Shown here: positions 35,301 through 39,073 of the stretch, piece by piece
Numbering within the stretch: position 1 is the stretch's first letter
Layout of the letters: each line of letters opens with the position of its first letter
Source of the DNA: an uncultured Clostridia bacterium
GTDB taxonomy: Bacteria > Bacillota > Clostridia > Christensenellales > CAG-917
Length of the DNA: 42,072 nucleotides
Direction of reading: 5' to 3'
Assembly (NCBI GenBank): GCA_947624885.1
Contig: CANQMD010000003.1
Coordinates: forward strand, 1-42,072
The notes under the pieces: model-generated
Databases searched by the model: none
Told to the model about the DNA's origin: nothing
The model's input: only the letters and a program-made list of their open reading frames with translations
Made by a program: the position numbers and the translations under genes

Positions 35301-38300
35301 AACACAGCCTCGACAAGGCCTTGCATAAGTTCGACTTTGAAGCTGTCGGAGGACAGCGTCGCGATGAGGTCCAGCAAAAGCAAGTTCTTCGCCGCGCTTT
35401 CGCCTCCTTCGGCGGGATCGACTGCGGGCAGCGCGTTGGATTCGCCCGTAGCGCCCGCGTTGACCGTGATGCTGCTGTTGTTGGCAATAAGTCCCACAAT
35501 GATGCCGAACAGGTCGATGTCGACAAGCATGCGGTTGATGCCGAAGTTTTGCAGATCTATGTACAGCGAGCCGCCCGTGTAGTAAATGCCGAGCAACAGC
35601 TGATCCTTCTTGGGTTGCCCCGGAGAGGTCTTTGAGCCGATGAGTTCCAAAACCAACTCGGAAGCGTTGTGCGAAGTCTGCAAATCGCTCGCGCCCATCA
35701 GGTAGGACACCAGCGGCGCAAGGTCAAGACTGCTTGCCAGCCTCAACTCATAGGATATCTCCACGTTGTCGCTGAAGGACAGACGCGTTTCGGTGTAATC
35801 TTCGGGATGCCACTCGCCCTCCTCGTCCTGATAATACAAAAGTCCTTTGTAGTTTTTCGGAACGGGATTGTGCGCAATCAGTTTGTACTCGTTGTTGCTC
35901 GGATCAAGCCAATGCGTGCCCTTTGTGCCGAAACTCATCGTGGAGGAGCCCTCCTGCGATTCGAGTTCGATGCCGAGCGTCAAGCCGAGCGACAGATAGG
36001 GGTTGTCCATCACGTCTGTGAATGACTCCGCCGTGTAATCCGTCCCCTTGAGATAGTCGTCGAGGAAGCGCGTGGTGGAGGAGTGCAGACCCGCGGATAT
36101 ACCCTTGAGCGAGAGGTCCATGTTGACGCTGTTGCCCACGGCGACAAACAGACCAAGCTGAGTCTTTGACAGGTTGAGTCCGTCGACAAAGTCCAGCCTC
36201 AAGCCGCCTTCCGCCTCGGAATACTCAAAGGTGATGGGCCACTTTCTGGTCAGCTGACTCAACACGTCGGTGAGAATGCCTATCGAAATGGAGGTCTGCC
36301 CGATGTCTATCTGCTGCACCGCCATTGCGACAAGCGTAAGCAGTGCGTTGGTGTCAAACGTCGAGTCGCCGTCCGCCGCAACGGAAGCCTCCGCGTTGCC
36401 CGCTCCGTTTGCGTCGGAGCCGCCCTCGGCAACAGCGCCGAGCACGTCGGCAAGATTGAGTTTCAGTTTGTCGATGGACAGCGTCTTGATGTTTTTGGAA
36501 TCGATATACACATAGCCGTCTTGCAGGAAGATCGCCAGCTTGATGTCGGTCGCTTTGCCGCTTATGACAAGTTTCAACGACGATCCCGCAAGGATGTCGG
36601 CGATCGGCAAATTGCCGGATTGCAGATCCGCGCCGCTGAGGTCGAGGTCCGCGCCGATGTCCAAAGTGAGGCCGCCCGCCACATTGCCCAACTCGATGAG
36701 CAACTTGAGCAACACGCCCTCGTAGGTGTCGCCCATAGGCAGATCGTCCACAGTGATGTCCAATTGCGCAAGTTTGCTGCGCAGCGCCTCAAGATTGAGT
36801 TCCAGCCCCGTGGCGACGCTCACATGCAACATGGACATGTCAAAAGCGCCGTCCTTCAATATGGGCAGCCACGCCGATTCGTCGCTGTAGATGCTGCTGA
36901 ATTTCTCGCTGAATTCCTGCTCGTTTTCTATTGCGCCAAACTTGAGATTGATCGCAAAGTTCAAGCCCGCAACGGGGGATTCCGTCACCATATCCTCGTC
37001 CAGCAAGTTGAGTTCCAACCCGGACAGCGCCAAGGTCTTGACATGGCCCACGCCCTTGTTTTCGTAAGAGAGAACGGGAGGAGGATCCTTGGTGATGGGG
37101 ATGTTCAGATCCGCATAATCGCCCGTGAGGAACAGCCCGAACAGCGTGTTGAGCAGATCCTCCGCAAGCGTGATCTTGAGGTCTGTGATGTTGAAAATGT
37201 TGCCGTTTTTGACAAGTTCCACATGGTCGAGCACCTGGTTGATGAGCGGGATCACGTCCACAGACGATTCTTCTTGGGAGCCGCCCTCTTCGGTCGTGCC
37301 GCCTTCCGTGCCTGTGCCCTCCTCCTCGGCGGAGTAGCCGAGGTGGTGCTTCATCATGGTGCCGTCCGCGTATTTGGAACTGAGTTCCGCCGCGCTTGCC
37401 GCGTCGCCGTTGATCGCCGTCATAAGCATATTGATGAGGCTGTCTACGCCGTCGCGAATAAGCTGATTGACGTTGATGTCGGGGATGGAGAATCTGGTGT
37501 TGTTGTCGCCGAGAAGTCCTCTTGCGTCAAGATAGACGGTTTGCTTCTCGCCGGAATAGTACGCGCCGAGGCGCAAACTGCGCTCGCCGCCGCCAAGCAA
37601 CTCAACCGCTATCCTGGTTTTGGTGAAATCCATGGTGTTGAGTTTCACTTTCAGCGTAAGCACAAGCGGGATCGTGCCTTGCGAGAAGTTGATCGGCTTT
37701 GTCAACAGAGGATAGATCGCCCTGTAAAGATCCTCGTTGTTTATGGTCGTTTTGAGCAGATTTTGAAGCAGAGGTCCAAACGACTGCATTGCGCTCTCGG
37801 CGGTGACAGTCTTGTCTTTGATGTCAACGCTGAGGTCGACAGAGCCTTCGATTGTGAAAATGGAATATTCGTTTTGAAGATTGACAAGGTCGTAAAAATT
37901 GTCCGCGCCTTCGGCATTTTCGGGGCGCTGCTTGAGCATTTGCTCAAGGTTGAGCGTGGGTCTGACGGTGAACTCCGCCCTGCTCATGCCGAGCGTGATC
38001 CCGATGTCGTTTTGGAATTCGCCGTATTTGCTTGTGAAATCTTCGCCAAGCCCGTTTGAATTGAGGTTGACGTCAATGTCAAGCCCGACGCTTTGCAGCT
38101 TGTCGTTGTTGAGTTCCGCATTGATGTACAGCGCAACGCCGCTCAACGCGCTGAGTTTGCCGAGATCGAGCCCGACGACTCTGTTGACAAGCCCGACAAT
38201 ATCTTCGGAGATGAGATTTTGCAAAAGAGGGAATACTATGCCGACGATCATGGACAGATCGCACGGAATGCTGATGGATTTGTGCCCGTTGCCGTCATCC

Positions 38301-39073
38301 GTGAAGCGGCTGGAGGATCCGCCGAGGATGAAATTGACAAGCAAGTCCTCAACGGAGAGATTGATGAGGTCAAGATTGCCAAGCGCGGGGACGCTGTCTT
38401 TGAGGAGGGTTTTCAGCAGATCGCCGATGTTGTAGCCGAACAGCTTGTTGAAAACAAGATCGGTGATCCCCATGCTGTATATCGTGCTGGTGAGTTTTCC
38501 CGCGAAATATGCCGCGTCTATCTGATTTGTCCTCAGAATATGTACGCCGGAATCCTTTTTGATCCCGCGCAGATCCGCCACAAGCATATGGTCGTACAAA
38601 TACGTGCCAAGCAACAAAGTGCCCTCGCCGGAAGACGCTTTGGAGCAAAGCTGCGAATAACTCAACCCTTCTATATCGGTCTTGGCAAAACTCCTCAACT
38701 CAAGAATAAGTTCCGAATCCTTGATGTTTTCGGAGTTGAGGTCGATATCCGCGGCAAATCTCAGCACAAACGCGCTTTCGTACTCGTCTTTGCTGTAGCC
38801 CAGCAAAAAACTTGTGTCAAGTCGGACATACCTGGCGTTGTGACCCGCGTCCGCAGACGCAAACGCCGCGTCCTTGATGAGCGTCCAAGCCTGGCGCGAA
38901 CTGATAAGATTGTCTGCGTTTCCGCCCTCCGAACCGCTTGGGTCGCTCGGCAATACGGCAGGCGGAGTGTCGGGATCGGTTGTCCCGCCCGTAGTGTTGC
39001 ACGCGGCAAGCCCGGCCGTCATAACGAGGACCAAGATAAGAAGCAGTACAACCGCGACTATGTGTTTTCTCAT
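11393..39073 (-). CDS. Giant (~9,226 aa) modular surface lipoprotein of unknown function
   Basis: Uninterrupted 27,681-nt ORF with strong C/G third-position bias; GGAGGG SD before ATG 39073; signal peptide MRKHIVAVVLLLILVLVMTAG-LAAC (lipobox, Cys25); own promoter and terminator. Confidence 0.95.
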   Translation of the reverse strand: MRKHIVAVVLLLILVLVMTAGLAACNTTGGTTDPDTPPAVLPSDPSGSEGGNADNLISSRQAWTLIKDAAFASADAGHNARYVRLDTSFLLGYSKDEYESAFVLRFAADIDLNSENIKDSELILELRSFAKTDIEGLSYSQLCSKASSGEGTLLLGTYLYDHMLVADLRGIKKDSGVHILRTNQIDAAYFAGKLTSTIYSMGITDLVFNKLFGYNIGDLLKTLLKDSVPALGNLDLINLSVEDLLVNFILGGSSSRFTDDGNGHKSISIPCDLSMIVGIVFPLLQNLISEDIVGLVNRVVGLDLGKLSALSGVALYINAELNNDKLQSVGLDIDVNLNSNGLGEDFTSKYGEFQNDIGITLGMSRAEFTVRPTLNLEQMLKQRPENAEGADNFYDLVNLQNEYSIFTIEGSVDLSVDIKDKTVTAESAMQSFGPLLQNLLKTTINNEDLYRAIYPLLTKPINFSQGTIPLVLTLKVKLNTMDFTKTRIAVELLGGGERSLRLGAYYSGEKQTVYLDARGLLGDNNTRFSIPDINVNQLIRDGVDSLINMLMTAINGDAASAAELSSKYADGTMMKHHLGYSAEEEGTGTEGGTTEEGGSQEESSVDVIPLINQVLDHVELVKNGNIFNITDLKITLAEDLLNTLFGLFLTGDYADLNIPITKDPPPVLSYENKGVGHVKTLALSGLELNLLDEDMVTESPVAGLNFAINLKFGAIENEQEFSEKFSSIYSDESAWLPILKDGAFDMSMLHVSVATGLELNLEALRSKLAQLDITVDDLPMGDTYEGVLLKLLIELGNVAGGLTLDIGADLDLSGADLQSGNLPIADILAGSSLKLVISGKATDIKLAIFLQDGYVYIDSKNIKTLSIDKLKLNLADVLGAVAEGGSDANGAGNAEASVAADGDSTFDTNALLTLVAMAVQQIDIGQTSISIGILTDVLSQLTRKWPITFEYSEAEGGLRLDFVDGLNLSKTQLGLFVAVGNSVNMDLSLKGISAGLHSSTTRFLDDYLKGTDYTAESFTDVMDNPYLSLGLTLGIELESQEGSSTMSFGTKGTHWLDPSNNEYKLIAHNPVPKNYKGLLYYQDEEGEWHPEDYTETRLSFSDNVEISYELRLASSLDLAPLVSYLMGASDLQTSHNASELVLELIGSKTSPGQPKKDQLLLGIYYTGGSLYIDLQNFGINRMLVDIDLFGIIVGLIANNSSITVNAGATGESNALPAVDPAEGGESAAKNLLLLDLIATLSSDSFKVELMQGLVEAVFALTGVNVADLTAWLEIAWDRLEAEDVHEGKVLRFMGEIKNDANQKVTSAEIYAKDIAIKGGGSTLAPVNVVRNVEGEEGMEVVQTEVGEYVNNDALEWAPVELFNTAGDLVMPSVFAEIKGNITVGAIAGTEDWTLGKWIGAVTDAMNVTIGNNEKLDSFINQLMLQFNTPIEEGATIGLRIALELRFNPLASVDILQSAKFVAVDTDEGLDKYSELYILRSRYSAVNNPTTFEGDLYEEQTLAGGDTVYNLFTGDVQSYKGTLYQKQYGVKYLPVDVATAREHIQNGTETVYVKYYTEGGMSLTEATAKDGKYETGDYYVKTDNGYYKTKVTDLNAGSFEDVALYKTISPFDIDYMLSHADLAIEIFNTAVENIDDMTSDADREAATLLALRLVYQGDDAHGKAVSTLYVDFGQEFHIAVANLSLGDLLNQLLHPSTDTEGEQVEPAAYSADESTGEATGDAAGDTSIMGTISSVLAMLGQFASSLKVGLDGISANFASGMITAVLNMILGTNIAERDFIGLNEDESYFSFSWLYDLSLRLQIDPVYLGLDINDIGVELGSDGDVLPSYFDSSRYTSAENLNDISLKLSIGAELVLKEQEDGIRIQNFLDAFASKLKLDLGVDINDTFTYDFDIELGANLNLGDPNNTVIAVTLKANGQDLIGIYINGTTLYVDIGVLSADPFYIENTNICTLIIDEISKLLGIGGSGAEGSDALAAADDPDLQAAGEQMEVILNIAGGRIGLILVENVMLGLIDSFVKGDVDEKIQSLDLGINVEANLDFSPLALTIDLTSNYIDLSLDLSNIGISTSAGQSDVYNEVKQLVDEVASRKAYVQSDDGAYYRIKNADGTYSYVLKSEYDANPDKYTGSEKQEGTYAQTDYFEAHDDTRFINLDLSLYVDYSASATYLHIDDRTVLYTYKDSERYSYDQRQHRFVQDKNGSFVRDGFSFDDILELVLGIDDLKSVMTMMMPQIHLGVKNGEFEYGIDKEGFMLGELLNRLGLNLMLDDKMDDGFMLGIKAQLDLEALNLNVPWLSLTTDFFDNLTKLKFDLATIFQALELQLTLDFTWEDGENSKAKINLNFDNGRLYIDLSGVGGPKVEVELLDLLDRLGVNIAGGAADALPAAGEGEQTTEESAGGIFTLDHVLEALNLIVQSIALTAKTWPDNDNFNALAGIKVLFNANAFNLVISRLFSGLLKKEFTSTTNQTILDDENSGLFLNFSDDRFGMDKSLLGLRFVASLANSRNPEYDAIEGEKGDIPENYTIDIALGLGLNVNLLSTNQVDKLLDPDDAMEFISLDEYIENIVAMLNGFYDVTFKETTPLDDVLYVTFTEDENGGYVQTLQLYRPLKQDEIEKLDSSTKRYALSYVTFVNGVPYPVTNFTESADGEYIFDKAKGIYVSYALYDGDIEDIVHYSATIGTEALGKAGSVKAYQPISDYSDQIVSISLSGLAYFKSTDAADYNIGALVNHFDTLQDMIIMLSSQSAFFGGVGIRASINVDLAKLDLRGLLSGMKLKDFINSSSGIDEMEIALEFVQVDDLGNFARYSGNNQYKVLGGAYLSEGTLYFDATGLGSNSEQYSRIDNFIGYLKRIVQYGFGGLFGGEATPEAVTAEDAELDQEQVIRNAIIALAYSDKAFQITLSQALVSTVFAAFLPDLGNVDDVFDVMNVNLGLSYGEESYKEIDSLRTTNPDEWAKFQEGGEYEDLRYKKYEEPEFKEYDGGFDFFVVTRKDGSFGYYDKERTTVYTKTPASEEGGADQYDEGAYSDEGEYYILTSNGYEKIAFVAHGVEISPATSFYADVEGVAGGQVPLNLYSVALKLDDGDFTTASIFLNYDGGEGDEHHALATYAYIDGSYKKITKLYERLYGYVKDSTGNLYRTVDNYTSLNQFWFGLDITTGVLSAGIKVGAIDIGVGRTQSLLPEYIRDGMKHSFVVDNLEYGYTKAGYDEHRDEIDEDLTLPVNPFYDTIVTLSFSVELELGIDDGTIDFGTILSHLVGNLAGIQLDMPSTTMGYSSAHFRLDASLVLDMYDLNSSELKLELVQVAETGYDVKWAGIYFVNSTVYIDMKDVLNLPKMSISDINLGEMLEKLINKLNKPSTDPMFVAGGEGGGSSDALVAAQTSDGTSGSGGGAVDLDNKNLGLAIFFRKDLLTITIGDMLFDAIINLLPDSLTQDLGFTVRELFYEEINGSLQVQLNTEDGIDLEVSAGIALDGSRYYGTATSPDDQYVQQDGLWTHLYDTDEKIATLPADLQAVINDVSNPATDNKYYVFRPNTEGGGYYIQPEGSNYFRAIKPDELAANYSGTRYDKWLVSFTHGSGLHLDKVIDNGVGDGSEVLQDRTSADEEARHLKAGEIVYKLTPAAKVNQSYVGDGGVYDMKLDLKLGVRDLEVDFTNYRDYTLSGDDLSDYTDFGDLDHITLDEVIDLTTNFRSGADNAIDLTEVLQYFLPTIGGEKLVQILAESDNGSDVGRELRIKVSAELQTMAMLNYLRTQYFKDSSNKEEDMDFNDVLEMFKNLLNGSGEDSSLIDLLDDLSSFVNLRLTLETKGGDEEDFHDLVGLYMATGSYAKLDPEDTDENSENYVKPEDRYDHYYKAQFGSYYYDDTIHKYLTITEEMEDTVLPEERYTYDSSYFYQNDNGNYKRNMGGLYLDLSYFNVPGIYVNSAMVRDLFAEIMGGDDGKSSEALASVDSFYSADDETPVEPLFPLLKDDSITSYVRAFVQSAQITSKYVQILVRPDFINQLLLILMGEEEAIQFPQDGFLNSSSLTLFADTTLTTYINVDEALQTAKERYDTADDGTKATITAGVKNWLATSSYRFNVTEYKGDGASKLGTYYKDTKRGNAFVLKTTLSQYDRQVLDAKVESGEEAYYDVSAADAYIKLKSTGEYVKFATATRAQLSRAELDEGFGAIGVSTPKLYVENSEYTEGSAEIAQYIPAENLYCVDLLDDQRDPLLQLEIYLWNHSITLGLNMPTFGAVPFRDVKWTDLQEAEDLKDLVGEVPKSRWYKEVERTYFTSEDKATDGTYRWVEDYYVEGAFSEDKYFAAADASNAGPRYYEYHNEYIMIDRDTLYVYDAGEYKKAVDANEGKFPDYLADIENDVKDYYVNVGTTYARMQRAYIYRLNHYTTKSKEVIPGDEVDLYDPNSGDELAGQFYVHTWQPSSIGAPDLSGTKYDYVHVDQLVYLSFALRGSLYLNAGRVYSEYKIFEEAYRKFHPEIADGEIPASAYQDIAYEKYHGDYRQVTDPAKIEQLRQNGLLYIWMNSSVGDDYAINEAFGEVLSGLLGSLEGRFEVDEDETIEIFFEIRLNLGFDISIVPLSLNVRDLDVAIDIWGEQNDLKPANIYQSEQDAAGEGKDWVPEYSDEENRTSYDKLLDGSLTHLIGIYYSNDKDTGEAGLYIDLEWLLGEKAKIYVDVSEYPLESLINGYIGDLLKDNASAGADALVASDKASATDESGSTTSGLAINIFTNALSLNVTSGLLKLLLAELMPDSTIADILPNLQIYVKANLNPYDLTIGALLYNEAGTKPLLDLGLKLEGINGEEGNSEINFGTESAVLREQTGVNDIFYYASFYADDEGTWAKNYNKKDYVQLYRDAQDHEFYENASGGYVLGDNNIIRPADPTTDADKTHYAPYTGPTQRYSRAGDRMAMILEDSGDLDGMPAQEARRYAYGSVHQPHYTGRLYTMTNGMYVELGAALGMQSSDYRTICNSTKFTEFTGILYKQATNGNYVAVNKSDLAGYTGEDRTQYVKKSDLAAYVAGDGAKDANIAQLNALLGKTAITVDGEEYIAVDVDNDGFTSMTEADYIVPSVHVYKLVSDFNNYTKAMGLDLRTLTQKDDESEFDVYGLFGDLQYLEIGANLNIQVELEDVINWAYQIGRFVGEDIAQQILFLATSLGDARDDDYDENGHFKSTIGFDIELKAHLNMQSLLGYLSGKAGDTLVSALSGATVYLKITYATNFHGEYKPSVYGLLQITKNDKGEDVIRFLGDFSEYGKVVGLGDFFSYAQLELPLSLLFGNTTKAASDALVSADGQSAAADDDIDTGILPADIFGIINVILGRLKVANDYVLIGMNENLLGDLIAMLVGGENEVIDDVVQFLPKLQVNRGGESSGITLNVYGEHPTLDLDFGFMVGQQYFLSVAEYNRLYGANGTYSHGSVKGEDLPAQGTNYYHYDAETGEYTFCGNGDCSSEHYVLVMSDEYALIQYAYPEWAGDAYELTSDYLTDGEAAFTLQEGGKYLKLGDFYIGVHLNGLYARMNEENISLPEGFMYQRAAMGTTISEEKQATVVGSKFFKAEENDNIDEDGAYLVDKDGNPVLDKDSKPVLDPYVDLDNINITLATTLNLSVYSASKSGENVVDLSEMLDMIVGLLLPNVADEIAGSQLELRITNELGRNDGSWLTLDIRAHFDMDRANSEFALDAYIALQRHRTEDGTPETILGIALNGDDLCLDLSGLLGSTAKLSLGGVGLSNFVGGLIDGLLGRIDGADDAGDGAAVANYEDVAVLQSLRRQFAYLIIAVNPQKLLLQLNAQIINAVYKKIMQIRGKDYTRDLLPNDIGDLLVKADASDADKGTVFSLNLMLGNGMYLCLDMDPVDVTKQFHQGDIFKDHAATSTSDNKERKWKVDLSTGYKKIGELNLGDLIGNVTDGGSVDATAILAGLKDLPTIGLQLGAELAISSAGITSDKPEYNDTFLGWVRNLLGTLLDGTELLGSYEKISAADCMTYDRKIYTKDDDGTYSVFYDPANGGIKTESTFKSNEEYYKFVLADININLPEGQLSLMIDVDLNLDLLNLVLYGLGGILHSDMVISISAGAPLNKQIAKVYYLGSSGLDSDGQLALQDASHTIYSDAIYLDLSNLGLGKIKFQGLAGLLGASYYRGTQSADGTAAATDLASARDSAASNSALGGAVSQGLYLGVDIENGRLGLNFDRAIIELLLGASLPFELPDIQNVSIGLNTDKEGIASIAINAVLDSKDTALAINVNKFETGFGQPVVNPSDLINEVRVGYAGLTMSNTAGMMSLIQNVIDSLAPDLYIMAQNKVWNGTVGNNAEERVRPQYEATKTILTGSKIDNSSGDGTKGQKGYMLKLGLEAFRSYSGKSDEEGGWFGSGSSNPTLPVYFGGNNLWLGRIDNVIAIGGSEAGWLESILNGALFPLDVGGMIGGGGKLLNFVSGDDGDNDSYSYPTAEDTINGWTENEDGTRSYSYPLQLKDLVDSVELDLFTAHGYTPYYTGLSNSPKDDGKIAIKVKLNKDAYNELILMVNVLLLNMINNTLLTKTPASSGVSTSFFADLSRFDGGAAPKMGEYEMTFTSHAHGNATVKDTDKNFLTYLFDELDWSLNHGESTEYRVALVDMLARNLPASFVKMFMYDMSFQFLFTFKPWGSLGILSSSLGNLSRVIANLLPLPFASGSILPSLNIYIDLAPDCGEYGLTSAYTMHSGIQAIEIMVNGEVTGGKGARKFNQASNTTVAKHNKRTESDDLTSGKTVTATGENIAADAWDFFMLSISPYGNHESSEKDPILTFDEAAKAEALPGSANVSSLVRNGIYISDPFTRKIDTQNTGGNLSGAGDLYLTDAVLSDPQYFPQMVDVTFAVDGDYHSYYSGSTAAPGTYIVWDASTIDWAAAENGTKRLAGYVYGYALNIVMYAIPVYITSDRALPDDGTEFRSVKAYEKVGSTWKANNITIDINQKTTETGGYRATLPDLVQLTFNSGSASKPNNPKNVTVGTVQYDSDGNVMKAVRRTSGSSTSYESMPAGEGKNEFGGTRKLYNAWTALLATKANGEFETVNENGVTVYVIAYDKCPTAKMFPAGILTWDVQDFTYEWEADAVTVGYTYQIGLGQPVSHRMSIPVLDRTVTKLESMSSDSNQLGGSSTILSAPAGWSYNANTRTITIDPIKLDGDSSDILATFEKFTKVSGKLGKGAYSDFMLRWDLSALRSALTGIGTDLYKGLNVKVNAYIGGNEFKPVTVSQSNRLGTSTTRYGFVGKGSTSSAYANSGYTAQAFELNVVITSYNISKVETAVNFNPYDVKQINVGGKNIYGIDGTQLFAEGAQIRFTTVDNDRNEQTKTFNYDNDLLKITGPYFYNSATRRYVDAYTASNPLKQDDITYEGYSASATRPLYARFVFGNGFCGEQTFYVKINVQSLSAGSPTALEVLHEDTLLPNWYAGDYYKSVDVSLATGSGTATRTLFPLWETAKYYTDSACTRLKADQNIYGGGTIYVTVQAVKRLNDQADGAPLSRKYLGKDGSGKDVYEAQTVKLSLYVEKQEIKEIAYFYNEEYGDIYAKGPSGLTDGTLAGLLGDINNYTGTVYAQSHILSKDDEQVAYGVDPVAYANHPEYYFGAGVKPDGSIDYASVAYGTRVKVSVQSTFTGTKYAQSGDDYRPSNSGTYRKDKDGNYIPLDQEYIAYITEWLQPLGTVGIGGKEAELSAKIGDQIVNVKVRVPSYKPIGSEQPKVDPDSGIAVKTETESGAMIGFVGGEGEQQLRLTYDVIKPWVLPTSVDIYGEQSAEGKAIQNVSITWDNPSAPNSDEQPTIDEDGTPYVTRTYHIFDGALTSDTYTARIDLIGYGQTGECTIELNDKPDSVTMLLPFEYPTTAKVTLQVSGEMIPYDNIPVQWYSIAMPTAEEIIAGSFTRDFYVLIKNGDQLLNGSATFAIDNKVSFGDGFEGNFGSGVTYTLSSDKLYGGLPTTQTWTVGGKSKSVTLNLDFNVDYDNNGGEFDNVALTVTNTEDDRVSATFTVKVIVEGNSISGVKVGEDVRDSFTIDPFAALSFEGGNMFASGDNVTVKLANGSEANVKVVYDFTAFRSDIADANQFYQNISAFFGRTYGLPITYVYPGGNGQITESGFVTVTVGDGTIYSIDDYAYRTIVVDTLTTKDTSGFEVKLAVYPVYLAAESRTVNAYFDWSKVDDLIKAGRNDRDLMVAANVAVPAADGGYVLFEDIVGKHGIAQDTPAFARRYLKYFVTAAAYEQYAKAQNKDWTWDSDEAPVTRYHMAVQYVNIPVTVLDRAISLAELEFGDATHIYTDATGYSSTKMIYVGEGGVYIEVEMSRAGMPTSITFYNKLAYSVDNLPTSVKLNFADGSSAYYNVSFENAPQNRAVDESSSTLRQNGRMIVWSGTANESDEVISQNVEFVVRASALSAYNSDLAYNDMSYGSYRYDFDPYADYADSPYSKLSDPQEVNYYVDGQFISAERWWNEGRTKSDSGFTYISTWLKRHAIYKVYTGTDGEFAEGKTDNMKFYTVTESGRTYRLYEGEVTYEPSKGSYTTTDGRTLYIFIYIAKQTLSATWDVKTLDYAYVGGTVNVGGTVTAADAADDAISATFSAPINIKSGRLDSESPYTITADDSDMWNDNANAFVVNLLAQKDGKYIDWFERLDGTYKGFRYSQPSEGTFVRDSAGTYGHRKGDFGQYYALSSDEKGYTGDRYKLDPQTGEYVVDAYGTFKLDSGTYVELSESELGTYTGARFKLVSGNYEYDPKGDYGLRNGEYYELSYSEIGAYKYLPGEISIKTVGSAETRKVKVTWDLSGVTVSANGGAYVARAIINDEGEYNYAEQLEALSSEDVQVSHDLGTVTIRFRMIILDSMPKLATNSSIKDEKGYFNPTVAMGTALTTAIDPYNYTRPDLSTMGELILNVRKGDILEDGTQSEDLEEIKVKPSDAGENGTVYYTYGKFRPSYMGGLVYVTANIVINNFVITYDIPFLVMRKLASYISTSSGTHDGYNFNSVVPDPSFKGTAYNAEVEYNVNSAVFGHVGGSSSRQINPYTTTDLALPTAYNVTFKEYYPTYNKDTGEVTFPGSPSETTGKTFRHTTVTMPSYTWTINSDGITSAELKGGHATIQLGAQQRLVVTLAIRSKIDVTATDLNGLNHSGATLPAYITISSASSVKVRVAWVGTATVGGVSFPVTFAGTSDNIEVPGYKGRKVKYELLPMVTIVDQNGNVVVTKEATSADAMNGVIKAGQIIPQYQIKGTVKESFEV
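22337..22384. repeat. 24-bp in-frame tandem duplication in the giant gene
   Basis: GTCAAGCACGGGCTTGCTGTCCTT / GTCAAGCACGGGGTTGCCGTCCTT (2 mismatches); encodes KDGNPVLD-KDSKPVLD. Confidence 0.85.

Noticed and set aside
11393-39073. Giant gene as NRPS/PKS, RTX/MARTX or Rhs toxin, intein host or DGR target
   Set aside because: No carrier-protein or condensation motifs, GGxGxD nonapeptides, YD/Rhs core or intein ends seen; no reverse transcriptase or TR/VR pair noticed in the window.
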